Below are positions 21,406 through 32,404 of a DNA stretch of 64,000 nucleotides, in pieces. Location of the stretch: IMG/VR virus record IMGVR_UViG_3300008448_000023, positions 30,413 to 94,412 of that record; one strand, given 5' to 3'. Within the stretch, counting starts at the first letter, position 1. The number at the start of each line of letters is the position of its first letter. A program made the translations under genes and the position numbers. The notes beneath the pieces were generated by a model. That model was given only the letters and a program-made list of their open reading frames with translations. It had not been told where the DNA came from and made no database searches. The stretch is from a virus.

Positions 21406-23090
21406 CCCTAGAAGAATTACAAACACAATACAACGTAGTTGGCATAATTGATTTGTCTGCATGGACTAACAACTACGAAACCAGCACACAGTGGCTACGC
21501 AGTCAATGCCAAGCTGTGTACCAACCAGCCTACGCAGAAAATCAACGCATTGTGTTTGTACATTCACATGATTACTATGTTAAGAATGCAGACTCTGCGG
21601 GTATCATTTTAAAGAACATACAAGTAGCACTGAATGAAACTGATATTAGCAATTATTTTGCGCTAGTACTCAGTACCAATCCCAATATTGAACAAGAAAT
21701 GGCTTATATCAATTCGCAGAGTTCTGACCCAGTGCCTGTGAAATTTGAACGCTGTGTTGGCGAGTTTGTTACAAAAGAATTGACCCAGCATCCTTACAGT
21801 CGTAAAGAGCAGTATCAGTACGGATCGGCTAACCCTATAAAAATCAGCCTAAATGAAGTCAGCGAGCAAGATAAATTTTTACTCAGTGAAAGCAAGAACT
21901 TCTGCATTTACCCTTGGATTCACCTGCACGCTTGGCCCACGGGCGAAGCATATCCTTGCTGTCATGCCACACAGCATCCTGTGTATGGTAACACACGTAA
22001 AGAAACCTTGTCTGATGTATGGAATGGCACACGCATGCGACAACTAAGACAAGACATGCTGAGTGATACACCAAATGAAACCTGCCGTAAATGTCACGAA
22101 CAAGAAGATTCTGGATTCTTTAGTGGCAGACAAAGTGCAAACAAACATCACGGACACCATATTGATCGTGTGCATAGAACAGGACCTGATGGCACATTCA
22201 ATGAGTTTGAAATGACTTATTGGGATATTCGTTTTAGTAATCTTTGCAATTTAAAATGTCGTAGCTGTGGACATATCTTTAGCTCACAGTGGTATCAAGA
22301 TCAAGCCAAGTTAGCTGGAGGTACCTGGAAACAATCTAATCCTGTGCTTAACTATGCAGGACGTACAGAAACAGACATGTGGGAACAATTGATTCCACAT
22401 CTGGACTATGTGGAACAGATTTATTTTGCCGGTGGCGAACCCTTGCTGATGGAAGAACACTATCATATTCTCGACGAGTTAGTAAAAAGAAAAAGATTTG
22501 ATGTAAGATTGATTTACAACACCAATTTTACACACACTGACTTGAAAGGTAATTCGGTATTTGACTACTGGAAACAATTTGATTCGGTGGCTGTAGGCGC
22601 CAGCTTAGATGCTTCAGGAGCACGTGGAGAATACATACGCAAAGGCACAGACTGGGCACAAGTAGAACAAAATCGCAGAGACATGTTGGCAATTTGTCCT
22701 GGCGTGGATTTTTATATTTCGCCCACACTCAGTATCATGAATGCGCTACACCTGCCAGATTTTCATCGTGACTGGGTAGAAAAAGGCCTGCTAAAACCGC
22801 AAGATCTAAATGTGAATATTCTTCAGGACCCCTACGAATACAGACTGGACATTGCTACTCCTGAATACAAACAACAAATACAACAGCGATTTCTTGAACA
22901 CATTGAATGGTTGCGACCACAAGACCCCTTGCATAGAGCCACAGTGGGTTTTGAATCGGCAATCAACTACATGATGAGCACAGACAACACCGCACTGATA
23001 CCTAAATTTTGGGACAAGACTCAACAGCTGGATAAAATCAGAAAAGAAAACATCTTGGACATTATTCCTGAATTAGCTGCATTAAAATGA
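21402..23090 (+). CDS. Radical SAM enzyme, N-terminal twitch, with ~160-aa N-terminal extension (#3)
   Basis: CNLKCRSC and AGGEP; CIYPW...PCC...TCRKC. Confidence 0.85.
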   Translation: MTLEELQTQYNVVGIIDLSAWTNNYETSTQWLRSQCQAVYQPAYAENQRIVFVHSHDYYVKNADSAGIILKNIQVALNETDISNYFALVLSTNPNIEQEMAYINSQSSDPVPVKFERCVGEFVTKELTQHPYSRKEQYQYGSANPIKISLNEVSEQDKFLLSESKNFCIYPWIHLHAWPTGEAYPCCHATQHPVYGNTRKETLSDVWNGTRMRQLRQDMLSDTPNETCRKCHEQEDSGFFSGRQSANKHHGHHIDRVHRTGPDGTFNEFEMTYWDIRFSNLCNLKCRSCGHIFSSQWYQDQAKLAGGTWKQSNPVLNYAGRTETDMWEQLIPHLDYVEQIYFAGGEPLLMEEHYHILDELVKRKRFDVRLIYNTNFTHTDLKGNSVFDYWKQFDSVAVGASLDASGARGEYIRKGTDWAQVEQNRRDMLAICPGVDFYISPTLSIMNALHLPDFHRDWVEKGLLKPQDLNVNILQDPYEYRLDIATPEYKQQIQQRFLEHIEWLRPQDPLHRATVGFESAINYMMSTDNTALIPKFWDKTQQLDKIRKENILDIIPELAALK

Positions 23091-23725
23091 GTTTGAATTT
23101 TGATAGTTTTTTTGGCGCACCTACTTCCTATGTGCCGGGACCGTATTTTTTAGCAGCAGGTTGCAGTCATACTTCAGCGGTGGGGGTAGATGCTGATCAA
23201 TGCTGGGCAGGCCAACTGGCTCAACGCACTCGAATCAAGACTTGTAATCTAGCCGAAGCCGGGGGCAATGCCTGGATTGCCAGTATGCGTATAGCACAGT
23301 GGATTCTGGTCACCGGTCGTCCAGAGTTTGTTGTGGTACAATGGCCTCACCCCATACGCACAGTGATATGGAAAAACGGACAAGGTAATTCTGTTAACGT
23401 ACACGACACTGAAGATCATTTATTTCACACCCGCTTGCGCTACGGTGACTCCAATTACTGGGCTGAGTGGATGCAGGCAATAATTACTACAAATGCCATT
23501 TGCGTCGCAGCCAAAATCCCCATTATAAATTGGAGTCTTGACAACGTTGATCCGCACTATCTTGCACTGTTAAAGGCCAATGGCATTGTTGTGCATGATC
23601 AAACAGATCAACCACGCTGGGAAAGAGACCGGTCGGGCTCAGATCAACGACATGCCGGGCCCTTGTCACATGCGCAATGGGCACAACAATTACAGGAAAT
23701 GTTAAATGCAATTACCACACGATAA
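23087..23725 (+). CDS. SGNH-like hydrolase/acyltransferase-like protein
   Basis: AAGCSHT block I, NLAEAGG, QWP, C-terminal DQRHAGPLSH. Confidence 0.55.
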   Translation: MSLNFDSFFGAPTSYVPGPYFLAAGCSHTSAVGVDADQCWAGQLAQRTRIKTCNLAEAGGNAWIASMRIAQWILVTGRPEFVVVQWPHPIRTVIWKNGQGNSVNVHDTEDHLFHTRLRYGDSNYWAEWMQAIITTNAICVAAKIPIINWSLDNVDPHYLALLKANGIVVHDQTDQPRWERDRSGSDQRHAGPLSHAQWAQQLQEMLNAITTR

Positions 23726-24944
23726 ATTCTGCGTATTACCTTGGATCAGTTTGGAGGCCAGCCCTATAGGTACAGTACGTCCTTGTTGCCTAGCCGACGA
23801 CGAAATTGTAGACAACGCTGGCAACAAATTTGAATTAAGTACAGCAAATTTTGGAGACATTCAAAATTCCAATCACATGCGCGATCTTCGCCAGGAGTTC
23901 TTGGATGGAAAAAAACCTCAAACCTGCCGTAAGTGCTGGAACGAAGAACGTGCAGGACGCACATCAAAACGTATGCACACCCTGGACAGACTCAAACATG
24001 TGGTCACAGATACAGAGTGGACCGCAGATGCTAAACCTTTGATGTTCCTGGATCTCAAGCTGGGCAACATCTGCAACTTGAAATGCCGTATATGCGGTTC
24101 ATGGTCTAGCAGTCAATTTGCCGCAGAAGAAATCCAATGGACTGCCTCGCATGAACGCAAGCAAACCTATGCATATCAAATGTTGCGAGCTGGTGCATGG
24201 CCACAGGAAAATCAACAATTCTGGAATCAAATTGATAGCTGCCTGACAGATATTCGTTATATTGAATTCACAGGTGGTGAGCCATTTATGATTAAAGAAC
24301 ACTTTGCTATGTTACAAGGCATTGTGGATCGTGGTATTGCACATCAGGTAGAAATACATTACAACACCAACGGAACCATTTTTCCCGAAGAAGCTGTTGA
24401 AATCTGGCGCCATTTCAAAACTGTAGAAGTAGCGTTCAGCATCGACGACATGGGTCCTCGTTTTGAATATCAGCGCACCAATGCCAAGTGGGTAGAAGTA
24501 GAAGAAAATATAGCACGTTTCTTTGAATTGAAAAACACGTTGCCTGGGTTGAAATTACAGGTCTGCTGCACAGTCAATGTATTCAACGTCATGTATTTGC
24601 ATCAAACGTCAGACTGGATTGTACAGCAAGGATTTGACTTTGTGTATTGGAATATGATGCATGATGCTTGGTATTTTTCTATAGCCACACTGCCCAAAGA
24701 AGCCAAAGAAAAAATTGATCAGCATTTTGCACGGCATGTTACACAGCCCAGCTGTCAAGCTGAATTTATTCGCATAATTGATTTTATGAATCGTGGTGCT
24801 GATTCCGACGGTGATATGTTGCGTATGAAAATACGTGACTTAGATCGTAAACGCGGACAGAATCTTGCAGACTTTGCACCCGAATTTGCAGCCATGATCA
24901 ACTACAATTACAATGACACAGACCCCAACGCTCCCAAAGCCTGA
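23706..24944 (+). CDS. Radical SAM enzyme, N-terminal twitch (#4)
   Basis: CNLKCRIC and TGGEP; CVLPW...PCC...TCRKC. Confidence 0.85.
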   Translation: MQLPHDKFCVLPWISLEASPIGTVRPCCLADDEIVDNAGNKFELSTANFGDIQNSNHMRDLRQEFLDGKKPQTCRKCWNEERAGRTSKRMHTLDRLKHVVTDTEWTADAKPLMFLDLKLGNICNLKCRICGSWSSSQFAAEEIQWTASHERKQTYAYQMLRAGAWPQENQQFWNQIDSCLTDIRYIEFTGGEPFMIKEHFAMLQGIVDRGIAHQVEIHYNTNGTIFPEEAVEIWRHFKTVEVAFSIDDMGPRFEYQRTNAKWVEVEENIARFFELKNTLPGLKLQVCCTVNVFNVMYLHQTSDWIVQQGFDFVYWNMMHDAWYFSIATLPKEAKEKIDQHFARHVTQPSCQAEFIRIIDFMNRGADSDGDMLRMKIRDLDRKRGQNLADFAPEFAAMINYNYNDTDPNAPKA

Positions 24945-26229
24945 CACCTTGTGCATGGCACCTTGGACGCACACATATCTAAGCCCGCAAACCGAGCGTA
25001 GAATGTGCTGTGCGTCGAGAGAACCTGCACAGAACTTTGCGCAATACATAGACACAGCCGCAGGCACTGGGCGCTATATTCCTGTCACACTAGAACAGCA
25101 CTGGAACAGTGATCACATGAAGTCAGTTCGTCGCAGAATGATGGCAGGGGAAACCTTGCCTGAGTGTGAAGTATGCAATGACCGACTGCTTAATACCAGC
25201 GTTTACCGCACTTACTTTGATCATTTGTTTGGGCACAAACTAGAGGAAATATATGCAAGTACCGATGCTTCAGGGCACACAAGCATGGCTCCTGTTTCGT
25301 GGGATTACCGCTTTAGTAACCTTTGCAACTTCAAATGCAGAACCTGCGGAGATATGCTTTCGTCAGCATGGGAGACCGAAGAAAAGACTCAAAACATGGT
25401 TGACTGGCATAATCCAAAAAATAATTGGATGCAACCTAATTATCGTCAACAGATCACTGAGTTTCAGGATAGTCAGGTTGAGGCCGAATTTGCTGCCGCC
25501 GTTGAGCGACATGATGTTGAAGAGATCTACTGGGTAGGTGGCGAACCCTTGATGTATGAACAACACTGGCGTTACATGCAACGCATTGTTGAACTAGGAG
25601 ATGGACCCAGATTATATGCACGATACAACACTAACCTTAGCCGAATTCATTATCGGGGGCGTGACCTTTATAGTGATATCCTGGATCATATACGAGATTG
25701 GCAAATTTGCGCGAGCATTGACGGCACTGGAGCAATCGGTGAATACATTAGAACAGGTCTTGACTACGCAACGTTCTGCAGAAACTTCGAAGCAGGACTG
25801 CAACACCAGCGAAACCGACGACAGATGAGACTGGACTTTACATTGACGTTGCCGGGCATGTTTGAAGTTGATGCAATGCAGCAATTGGCCTCCAGCTATG
25901 ACGTAGAATTGTTGGTCAAAGTGATATTCAGTTTTACTCCAGATATTATTATGAGTCCTTTGGCATTGCCACGACATCTGTTGGATGTCTGGGTAGATGA
26001 ACTAGTGCCCAATTGTACCTCCGGTGCCATGCGCGATGTACTGCTACAGTTAAAGAACCGTCCCACATTTGAACAACAATGGCCTGAAGAATATCGTGCA
26101 GGTCTTGCTCGAGGCAAGGCTCGTGTGTTAAAATTAGAAAGCATAAGAACACAGTCGGTAACAATGACTGACATTCTGGGCACACGTCCAGAAATACTAA
26201 AATGGTGGAACGAAATTGGAATCAATTGA
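24913..26229 (+). CDS. Radical SAM enzyme, N-terminal twitch (#5)
   Basis: CNFKCRTC and VGGEP; CMAPW...MCC...ECEVC. Confidence 0.85.
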   Translation: MTQTPTLPKPDTLCMAPWTHTYLSPQTERRMCCASREPAQNFAQYIDTAAGTGRYIPVTLEQHWNSDHMKSVRRRMMAGETLPECEVCNDRLLNTSVYRTYFDHLFGHKLEEIYASTDASGHTSMAPVSWDYRFSNLCNFKCRTCGDMLSSAWETEEKTQNMVDWHNPKNNWMQPNYRQQITEFQDSQVEAEFAAAVERHDVEEIYWVGGEPLMYEQHWRYMQRIVELGDGPRLYARYNTNLSRIHYRGRDLYSDILDHIRDWQICASIDGTGAIGEYIRTGLDYATFCRNFEAGLQHQRNRRQMRLDFTLTLPGMFEVDAMQQLASSYDVELLVKVIFSFTPDIIMSPLALPRHLLDVWVDELVPNCTSGAMRDVLLQLKNRPTFEQQWPEEYRAGLARGKARVLKLESIRTQSVTMTDILGTRPEILKWWNEIGIN

Positions 26230-27250
26230 AATAGATCTCCGTGGCAACAGCGGAGACTGTCTAACTGTTTATATCAATGTGCACGACAACAGTTTGAGTC
26301 GTAAATGGTTGGCCGCGCTCAATGATATTATTCGTAATCAACTGCATCTAGAAAAGAACTATTGTTGGATGGGCTGGACTGAGCATGATCGCAACTTAGA
26401 ATATCTTTGTACACAAGTCAATCGCAGTATTCATGCAATCAACAGCAGCAATTTAGATTATCGTATACAAGACTTTTTTAGTCCTGCCAATGTAATACAA
26501 AAAAATCTTGATGTCAATCATGACAAAATGAATCATCTGCATCGTTATTTCGAAGACCTGCAAGGAACTTCGGGTGCAATGAGCAGGTACTACACAGCCG
26601 CAGACGATCACACACGTTGGCACATACGCCAATTAAATTTATTGTGTCATGAAATAGAAAGTCTTGTGCTGAGCATGCGCAAAGATGTGCAAGCACCTGA
26701 ATGGAAGCGTCCCAGCCAGTTGATGTGCTGGCTCAATGCCCCACGTTTTGTGCTAGAACAAGAAGATTATGAGTTGTTTGGTGTTGACACCATTAACCGT
26801 AGTCTTGGTGGTGTGTATGTGGGCGTGAACAAAGCAGTAGGCAAGCACCATTGGGAAGTGTTCAACGACGAAGGCCGCGACAGTCGCATCGGCGAACTTG
26901 TTACGTCCTCACTAAAAGCACAGACTGAAGCCGCAGGAGATTTTGATATTGAGTGGGCACGTGACCCTGGCGCTTACCATTGGCAAAAGACCAAATTGGC
27001 TGAATTCCGTGAATGGCTTATCGCGAACGGATTTGATCCTGACGACAAAGCCCTCACTATCGGCCATCCCAAGGTTGCTCAAGTTGATTTGCAGCGCTCA
27101 TTCGGCACAACAGACTACACAGAGATATGGGCACAGCTAGCCCAACATCTGGATGTGTATAAAATACGCACCAGTTCAGCAGAAGCTACATATAACTATA
27201 ACTGGAGCGATGCAGACTATGCAGAGCAACAAATAAAGGAACTTAAATGA
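26216..27250 (+). CDS. Hypothetical protein
   Basis: 344 aa, in operon; NHLHRYFE and LNLLCHEIE His/Glu motifs suggest metal binding. Confidence 0.7.
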   Translation: MESIEIDLRGNSGDCLTVYINVHDNSLSRKWLAALNDIIRNQLHLEKNYCWMGWTEHDRNLEYLCTQVNRSIHAINSSNLDYRIQDFFSPANVIQKNLDVNHDKMNHLHRYFEDLQGTSGAMSRYYTAADDHTRWHIRQLNLLCHEIESLVLSMRKDVQAPEWKRPSQLMCWLNAPRFVLEQEDYELFGVDTINRSLGGVYVGVNKAVGKHHWEVFNDEGRDSRIGELVTSSLKAQTEAAGDFDIEWARDPGAYHWQKTKLAEFREWLIANGFDPDDKALTIGHPKVAQVDLQRSFGTTDYTEIWAQLAQHLDVYKIRTSSAEATYNYNWSDADYAEQQIKELK

Positions 27251-27348
27251 ACTGGATTAAAAGCATCTGGAATCGAATTACCTTGGAAATTCGCTATCGT
27301 AAAAAGCTAAAAGAACTACGCAAGCGCGATCCATTTATCTACAAATGA
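27247..27348 (+). CDS. 33-aa basic peptide missing from the ORF track
   Basis: MNWIKSIWNRITLEIRYRKKLKELRKRDPFIYK*; ATGA overlaps at both ends and exactly fills the gap. Confidence 0.75.
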   Translation: MNWIKSIWNRITLEIRYRKKLKELRKRDPFIYK

Positions 27349-27989
27349 AAAAGCAGTTGTTAACAGTAGGGGATAGTTTTACCTATGGTGATGAACTTGA
27401 CGATATCTATCAGGCTTGGCCTTATCAGTTGGCAGATCTACTAGATTACGAAGTGCATAACATGGGCCTAAGCGGTGCCAGCAATGCTAGTATATTGCGT
27501 AGATCACTAGAAGAACTAGTAACCAACGAGTACGATCTAGTAATCATTGGATGGACTAACCCGGGACGTATCGAGTGGAAAGACGACACTGGTATTCCCT
27601 ATAACATGTGGCCAGGACATGCAGGGTCGTCGGCGTTCTTTGTTGAACAACCATGGCGGTTGGATCTGCTGAGCTACATTAGTCAACATCATAATTCATC
27701 ATACCTGTATCAGCGATATCTAATTCAAGTTCTTTCTTTACAATCTTATTTTGAAGCACATAACATTGAGTATAGAATGATAGATACTGTACGCAACAAC
27801 TACTATCGAAAAGTTGGCGCCGAAGAACATGATAAATTAGAAGCAAAAATAAACACTAAAAAGTTTGTAGGCTGGAACAGTTTTGGAATGTCTGAGCTAA
27901 CTATGGATTGTCCACGCGGTGTAGGTAGTCACCCACTGGAAAAAGGCCATAAAAAAATAGCCAATGAAATATATCAAGGATTAAAATGA
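27345..27989 (+). CDS. SGNH-like protein
   Basis: TVGDSFTYG, NMGLSGASN, IIGWT..GR, HPLEKGH. Confidence 0.65.
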   Translation: MKKQLLTVGDSFTYGDELDDIYQAWPYQLADLLDYEVHNMGLSGASNASILRRSLEELVTNEYDLVIIGWTNPGRIEWKDDTGIPYNMWPGHAGSSAFFVEQPWRLDLLSYISQHHNSSYLYQRYLIQVLSLQSYFEAHNIEYRMIDTVRNNYYRKVGAEEHDKLEAKINTKKFVGWNSFGMSELTMDCPRGVGSHPLEKGHKKIANEIYQGLK

Positions 27990-29467
27990 ATATTCTAGGG
28001 ATATCCGGCGGCTTTCACGATGCTGCTGCCACAGTAATTGATAGTTCAGGCAACATCTTGTTTGCTGGCCATGCAGAACGCTATAGTAAATGCAAGAGCG
28101 ATGCTGACATTGGCTCTGCACTGTTAGACGAACTAGAGCAATACAATCCCATTGGTACTGTAGCATACTATGAACGACCGCTAGTAAAGCAACTGCGTCA
28201 ATGGTACGCAGGACAGGGCATAGAGTGGGATAAACTAACTGCTCGACAAGCTGTGAACAAACAAACACAAGGGAGGTACGATCATGTGCCCATACAGTCT
28301 TTCAATCATCATCTTAGCCATGCTGCTGCGGGGTTTCAAACGAGCACGTTCCAAAGAGCCACAGTTGTGGTAATAGATGCTGTGGGTGAATTTGAAACAA
28401 TCACAATATGGGGAGCACAATATGATCGAAGTGGTGTGGCAAAGTATAAAAGACTTTGGAGCCAGCGTTATCCACATTCAATTGGACTGTTCTACAGCGC
28501 AGCTACTGGCAGCGTTGGCCTACGCCCACTAGATGAAGAATACATCTTGATGGGCATGGCTGCTTACGGCAGCTCAGAACATAATCTAACACTGCAAAAA
28601 AAGCTAGTCAGTGATACTGTGAATATTAAATTCCGTGAAAATCTACACACAGGCATAGACAGTAAACACCTAGCTGACATGACAGACTATGACATTGCTG
28701 CCAGCGCACAGGCCATTGCAGAAAATTTGATCAACAATGTCATGAGCAGAGCACGTGATTTTAAGTGGTCTGACAATCTGGTATACATGGGTGGCGTTGC
28801 TCTCAATTGTTCAGCCAACAGGCATATAGGACGGTATTTTGATAACATATGGATTATGCCTTGCCCTGGCGATGCTGGCAGTAGCCTGGGTGCTGCTGCC
28901 CTGGCTTGGGGTAAAAGAGTTAAATGGACTGATGCTTATCTCGGACACAATATCGCTGGTGACTATCCTGTTAATGATATTCTCAATCATCTGGCATCTG
29001 ATCTCATTGTTGGTGTTGCTAGCGGCCGTGCTGAGTTTGGTCCTCGTGCACTAGGAAATCGTAGCTTGCTGGCCGATCCACGAGGCGAGCGTATCAAGGA
29101 CCAAGTAAATGCAATCAAACGTAGACAAAAATTTAGACCTTTTGCCCCTGTTATTTTGGAGGAACATGTTGATATGTACTTTGATATGCCTAGGGGTTTC
29201 CCTGACAGTAGGTATATGCAAGTCATCGCTCGTTGCCGGCATCCTCACATATTTCCTGCTATCATTCATCATGACCACACTAGTCGTGTACAAACTGTGC
29301 CGCGAGATGGAAGCGGAATTAGACAACTACTCGAAAAGTGGTACACAATGACTGGGTGTCCCATGTTGCTGAACACATCGTTGAACATTCGCGGCGAACC
29401 CATGGTCAACGATCGCAAGGACGCAGACAGATTTGAAACATTGTATGGCGTCAAAGTATGCAGTTGA
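27986..29467 (+). CDS. Carbamoyltransferase (NodU/CmcH/TobZ family)
   Basis: GISGGFHDAAA, HHLSHAA, GGVALNC, EFGPRALGNRS, RQKFRPFAP, LLNTSLN. Confidence 0.92.
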   Translation: MNILGISGGFHDAAATVIDSSGNILFAGHAERYSKCKSDADIGSALLDELEQYNPIGTVAYYERPLVKQLRQWYAGQGIEWDKLTARQAVNKQTQGRYDHVPIQSFNHHLSHAAAGFQTSTFQRATVVVIDAVGEFETITIWGAQYDRSGVAKYKRLWSQRYPHSIGLFYSAATGSVGLRPLDEEYILMGMAAYGSSEHNLTLQKKLVSDTVNIKFRENLHTGIDSKHLADMTDYDIAASAQAIAENLINNVMSRARDFKWSDNLVYMGGVALNCSANRHIGRYFDNIWIMPCPGDAGSSLGAAALAWGKRVKWTDAYLGHNIAGDYPVNDILNHLASDLIVGVASGRAEFGPRALGNRSLLADPRGERIKDQVNAIKRRQKFRPFAPVILEEHVDMYFDMPRGFPDSRYMQVIARCRHPHIFPAIIHHDHTSRVQTVPRDGSGIRQLLEKWYTMTGCPMLLNTSLNIRGEPMVNDRKDADRFETLYGVKVCS

Positions 29468-30150
29468 GCGGAAATTTGTTGATACTGGGAGATAGCTTTT
29501 GTCAACATCCTGAATACTGGCCTGAGTATTTTGCTGGTCATATACTGGGACCAACCAGTCAACATCGTTGCCTAGGGTACGGCGGCGCCAGCTGGTGGTT
29601 TTTGCGCGACAAATTATTGCAGTTCATATCTTGTGAATCAAAGTTTTGGAACAACACAGAGCTGCTGGTTATGATACATCCTCCGCGATCACGAATTCAT
29701 ACTACATTAGACGAAGTTAGATTTAAAACTTTTGATCCTCCTTTGCCACGTGTTTTCAACAATGTTGATTTTGAAGAGTTAGACATAGCAGTCAAGCTTT
29801 ATTACAAGTATTTTCATTCAGAAGAATATTGCCGTTGGGCAGAAACTCAATGGTTCAAAGAATTATCCACACTGTGCAAAAATAAACAAGTTATCAATCT
29901 GTTTGTAGACATAGATGTGCCTAGATCATCTGACCACTTGCCAGGAATAACAATAGATCAGTCATTGATTGGAATTCAATTCAATCAATACATGCGTACA
30001 CAAGATATTGAACCATTTGATGGTATCATTGGATTTCAAAATCATTTCACGGCAAACAACAACAAAATCTTTGCCAAACAACTATATGAAATTGCTCAAG
30101 GTACAACCAAAAAATTTAACCCAACAGAATTTGAAAAGTATGAGCAATAG
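29458..30150 (+). CDS. SGNH-like protein
   Basis: ILGDSFC, GYGGAS, C-terminal NHFT. Confidence 0.55.
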   Translation: MQLSGNLLILGDSFCQHPEYWPEYFAGHILGPTSQHRCLGYGGASWWFLRDKLLQFISCESKFWNNTELLVMIHPPRSRIHTTLDEVRFKTFDPPLPRVFNNVDFEELDIAVKLYYKYFHSEEYCRWAETQWFKELSTLCKNKQVINLFVDIDVPRSSDHLPGITIDQSLIGIQFNQYMRTQDIEPFDGIIGFQNHFTANNNKIFAKQLYEIAQGTTKKFNPTEFEKYEQ

Positions 30151-31405
30151 AGTATTCCCGATTAAAAGCGACACGGCCTGTTTGTTGAAGTGGGCCTGGT
30201 CAACAGTATATCTAGGTCAGGGCACAAGCTCAAGTTGTCACCGCACAGATCAGGCACTTATTCCCCCAGACAACTTTGCAAGCTTTCACAACTTGCCCAA
30301 CAAAGTGGCAGCACGAAAGCAAATGCAGGAAGGCACTTGGCCACAAGGCGGATGTCAGTACTGTGAAAAGATTGAGCAAGCAGGCGGCATGAGCGATCGA
30401 CAATACCAACTCAAGGCTGGTCACGAAGCTGATCGCACTCCTGAAGAGTTGTTGACAGACCCCACTGCCACAGAAGTTGTGCCCACTATCTTGGAAGTCT
30501 ACTTCAACAACACCTGCAACATGGCCTGCTTGTATTGCGGTAGTCACTTCAGTACCAAATGGGAAGAAGAAAACAAGAGATTTGGCGTATTTGAACAAGG
30601 GCGTGTACGGTTTGGATACAATCAACCCTCCAATCCCAACTATGACAAAATGTTGGCAGACTTCTGGCAGTATCTCAGAGACAAAGATCGCTACAAGCAC
30701 ATACGCTACTATCAGATCCTAGGCGGAGAACCATTCTTTCAGCCAGAGTTTGACACCAGCTTAGACTTCTGGGAAAGTCATCCCAACCCGGAACTCACAT
30801 TCAACATCATTACCAACTTGAAAGTGCCCACAAAGAAGTTCAAAGCATACATAGATCGCTTTGGGGCAATGGTTGAGTCTGGTGCATTAAAACGTCTACA
30901 AATAACTGGCAGCTTGGATGCCTGGGGTCCACAAGAAGAATATGTGCGCTGGGGACTTGACCTTGAGGAGTGGCAAGAGAACTGGGAATACTTGCTGGAC
31001 AAAGACTGGGTTGTGATGTGCATGAACACAGCTATCAGTGCGCTGACAATTAAAACACTGCCTGACTTAGTGGAACGTATCAATGGTTGGAATGCTCGCC
31101 GCAATCCCTGGAATCCCATCAGCTTCAGCTTTATGTCAGTAATGACACCGCCTGAAATGGTTCCGGATATCTTTGGTGCTGGAGTGTTTGATGCAGACTT
31201 TGAACGTGTGTTGGCAGCCATGCCTACAGACAAACCTGGATCCCAAGAAGCACGAGAACACATGACTGGCATTATGCGACAGATACAAGCAGGCCCCAGA
31301 GATCAAAGCCGCATTGATGATCTCAAAGTTTATCTAACTGAGATTGATCGCCGCCGCGGAACCAATTGGAAACAGTTATTTCCGTGGCTTGCAGAGCTCA
31401 ACTAA
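30140..31405 (+). CDS. Radical SAM enzyme, N-terminal twitch (#6)
   Basis: Start revised to ATG 30140 (MSNRVF); CNMACLYC and LGGEP; CLLKW...SCHR...GCQYC. Confidence 0.85.
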   Translation: MSNRVFPIKSDTACLLKWAWSTVYLGQGTSSSCHRTDQALIPPDNFASFHNLPNKVAARKQMQEGTWPQGGCQYCEKIEQAGGMSDRQYQLKAGHEADRTPEELLTDPTATEVVPTILEVYFNNTCNMACLYCGSHFSTKWEEENKRFGVFEQGRVRFGYNQPSNPNYDKMLADFWQYLRDKDRYKHIRYYQILGGEPFFQPEFDTSLDFWESHPNPELTFNIITNLKVPTKKFKAYIDRFGAMVESGALKRLQITGSLDAWGPQEEYVRWGLDLEEWQENWEYLLDKDWVVMCMNTAISALTIKTLPDLVERINGWNARRNPWNPISFSFMSVMTPPEMVPDIFGAGVFDADFERVLAAMPTDKPGSQEAREHMTGIMRQIQAGPRDQSRIDDLKVYLTEIDRRRGTNWKQLFPWLAELN

Positions 31406-32404
31406 ACTGGCGTTAAACTGAATTTGATCTGCGTAGGTATCATGTGCCGTACGCAGATTTTCTATTGCAGCCAGGTGTTCAGAGTGTGCAGGATTGACAA
31501 CATCTTGGACAGCAAAGTCAGCCCATGTGCCCCAATCTTCGAGTCTGTTGACTACCCCGTCAAACCCAAAGTTAACACATAGCTCGCAGAAGTTTTGCAC
31601 GTCATGATGGTTGGCTTGTTGAAACACGAACTTCAACAGCACTTCCGACTTGGTACGTTGTTGTACCAGCTTCAGCCACTCTAAGTTGCGCATTAGTACA
31701 TCCCAGCGTCCGGGTCTGCGTACATTGTGATACACTTCTGCAGAACCTGCGTCCATACTGATAAAGTATTGCGTAATGTTGTCTAGTATAGGTGAGTCGC
31801 TTAATTGCTTTTCCATCAGCAAACCATTGGTAAACAATCGTATAGTTTGTTGTGGAGTCGGCTGGAACTCACGGATCAGCGGACGCATGATAGAACTTGC
31901 TAGTGGATCGCCATTGCCCGACATAACAATATGACAAGGTTCTTCAAATTGTTCTAACAGTCTTCGTGTGTGTTCTACTTGTGCTAGCTTGCGCTCATAG
32001 TCTGCGCCTTGTGAAACCATGATAGCATCACTGCGGCAACTAGGGCAAGCTAGATTGCAACTTTCGTCTATGTTGATGCTGACAACATAGCCAGTATCAA
32101 ATAAGTCTCGGTTTCTAACACCGCAACGGTCTACGGCACAGTGCGTGAACTTGCCATCTACAATGTCTTGTTGTAAGGCTTGTGCTGTGGGATGTGCCCA
32201 TACATCCGCTAGGCGATCAAAGTCAGTGATCCGGCCAGGACTAACAGGCAACCATGCTTCGCAGCCGCATACAAAACAATCTCCTTTCCAATCTACTACC
32301 AATTGACGACTAGGTGCATTGCAGCGGTAGTCTATGGTGTAGCCTAGTTGCGCATTGCGCGGGATTGAGTTATATGCATGCTGGTTAGCAATCGGGATGA
32401 TCAT
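31376..32404 (-). CDS. Radical SAM enzyme, N-terminal twitch-like (#7)
   Basis: CNLACPSC and SGNGDP; N-terminal CNAP...CGC...C...C. Confidence 0.8.
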   Translation of the reverse strand: MIIPIANQHAYNSIPRNAQLGYTIDYRCNAPSRQLVVDWKGDCFVCGCEAWLPVSPGRITDFDRLADVWAHPTAQALQQDIVDGKFTHCAVDRCGVRNRDLFDTGYVVSINIDESCNLACPSCRSDAIMVSQGADYERKLAQVEHTRRLLEQFEEPCHIVMSGNGDPLASSIMRPLIREFQPTPQQTIRLFTNGLLMEKQLSDSPILDNITQYFISMDAGSAEVYHNVRRPGRWDVLMRNLEWLKLVQQRTKSEVLLKFVFQQANHHDVQNFCELCVNFGFDGVVNRLEDWGTWADFAVQDVVNPAHSEHLAAIENLRTAHDTYADQIQFNASLVELCKPRK

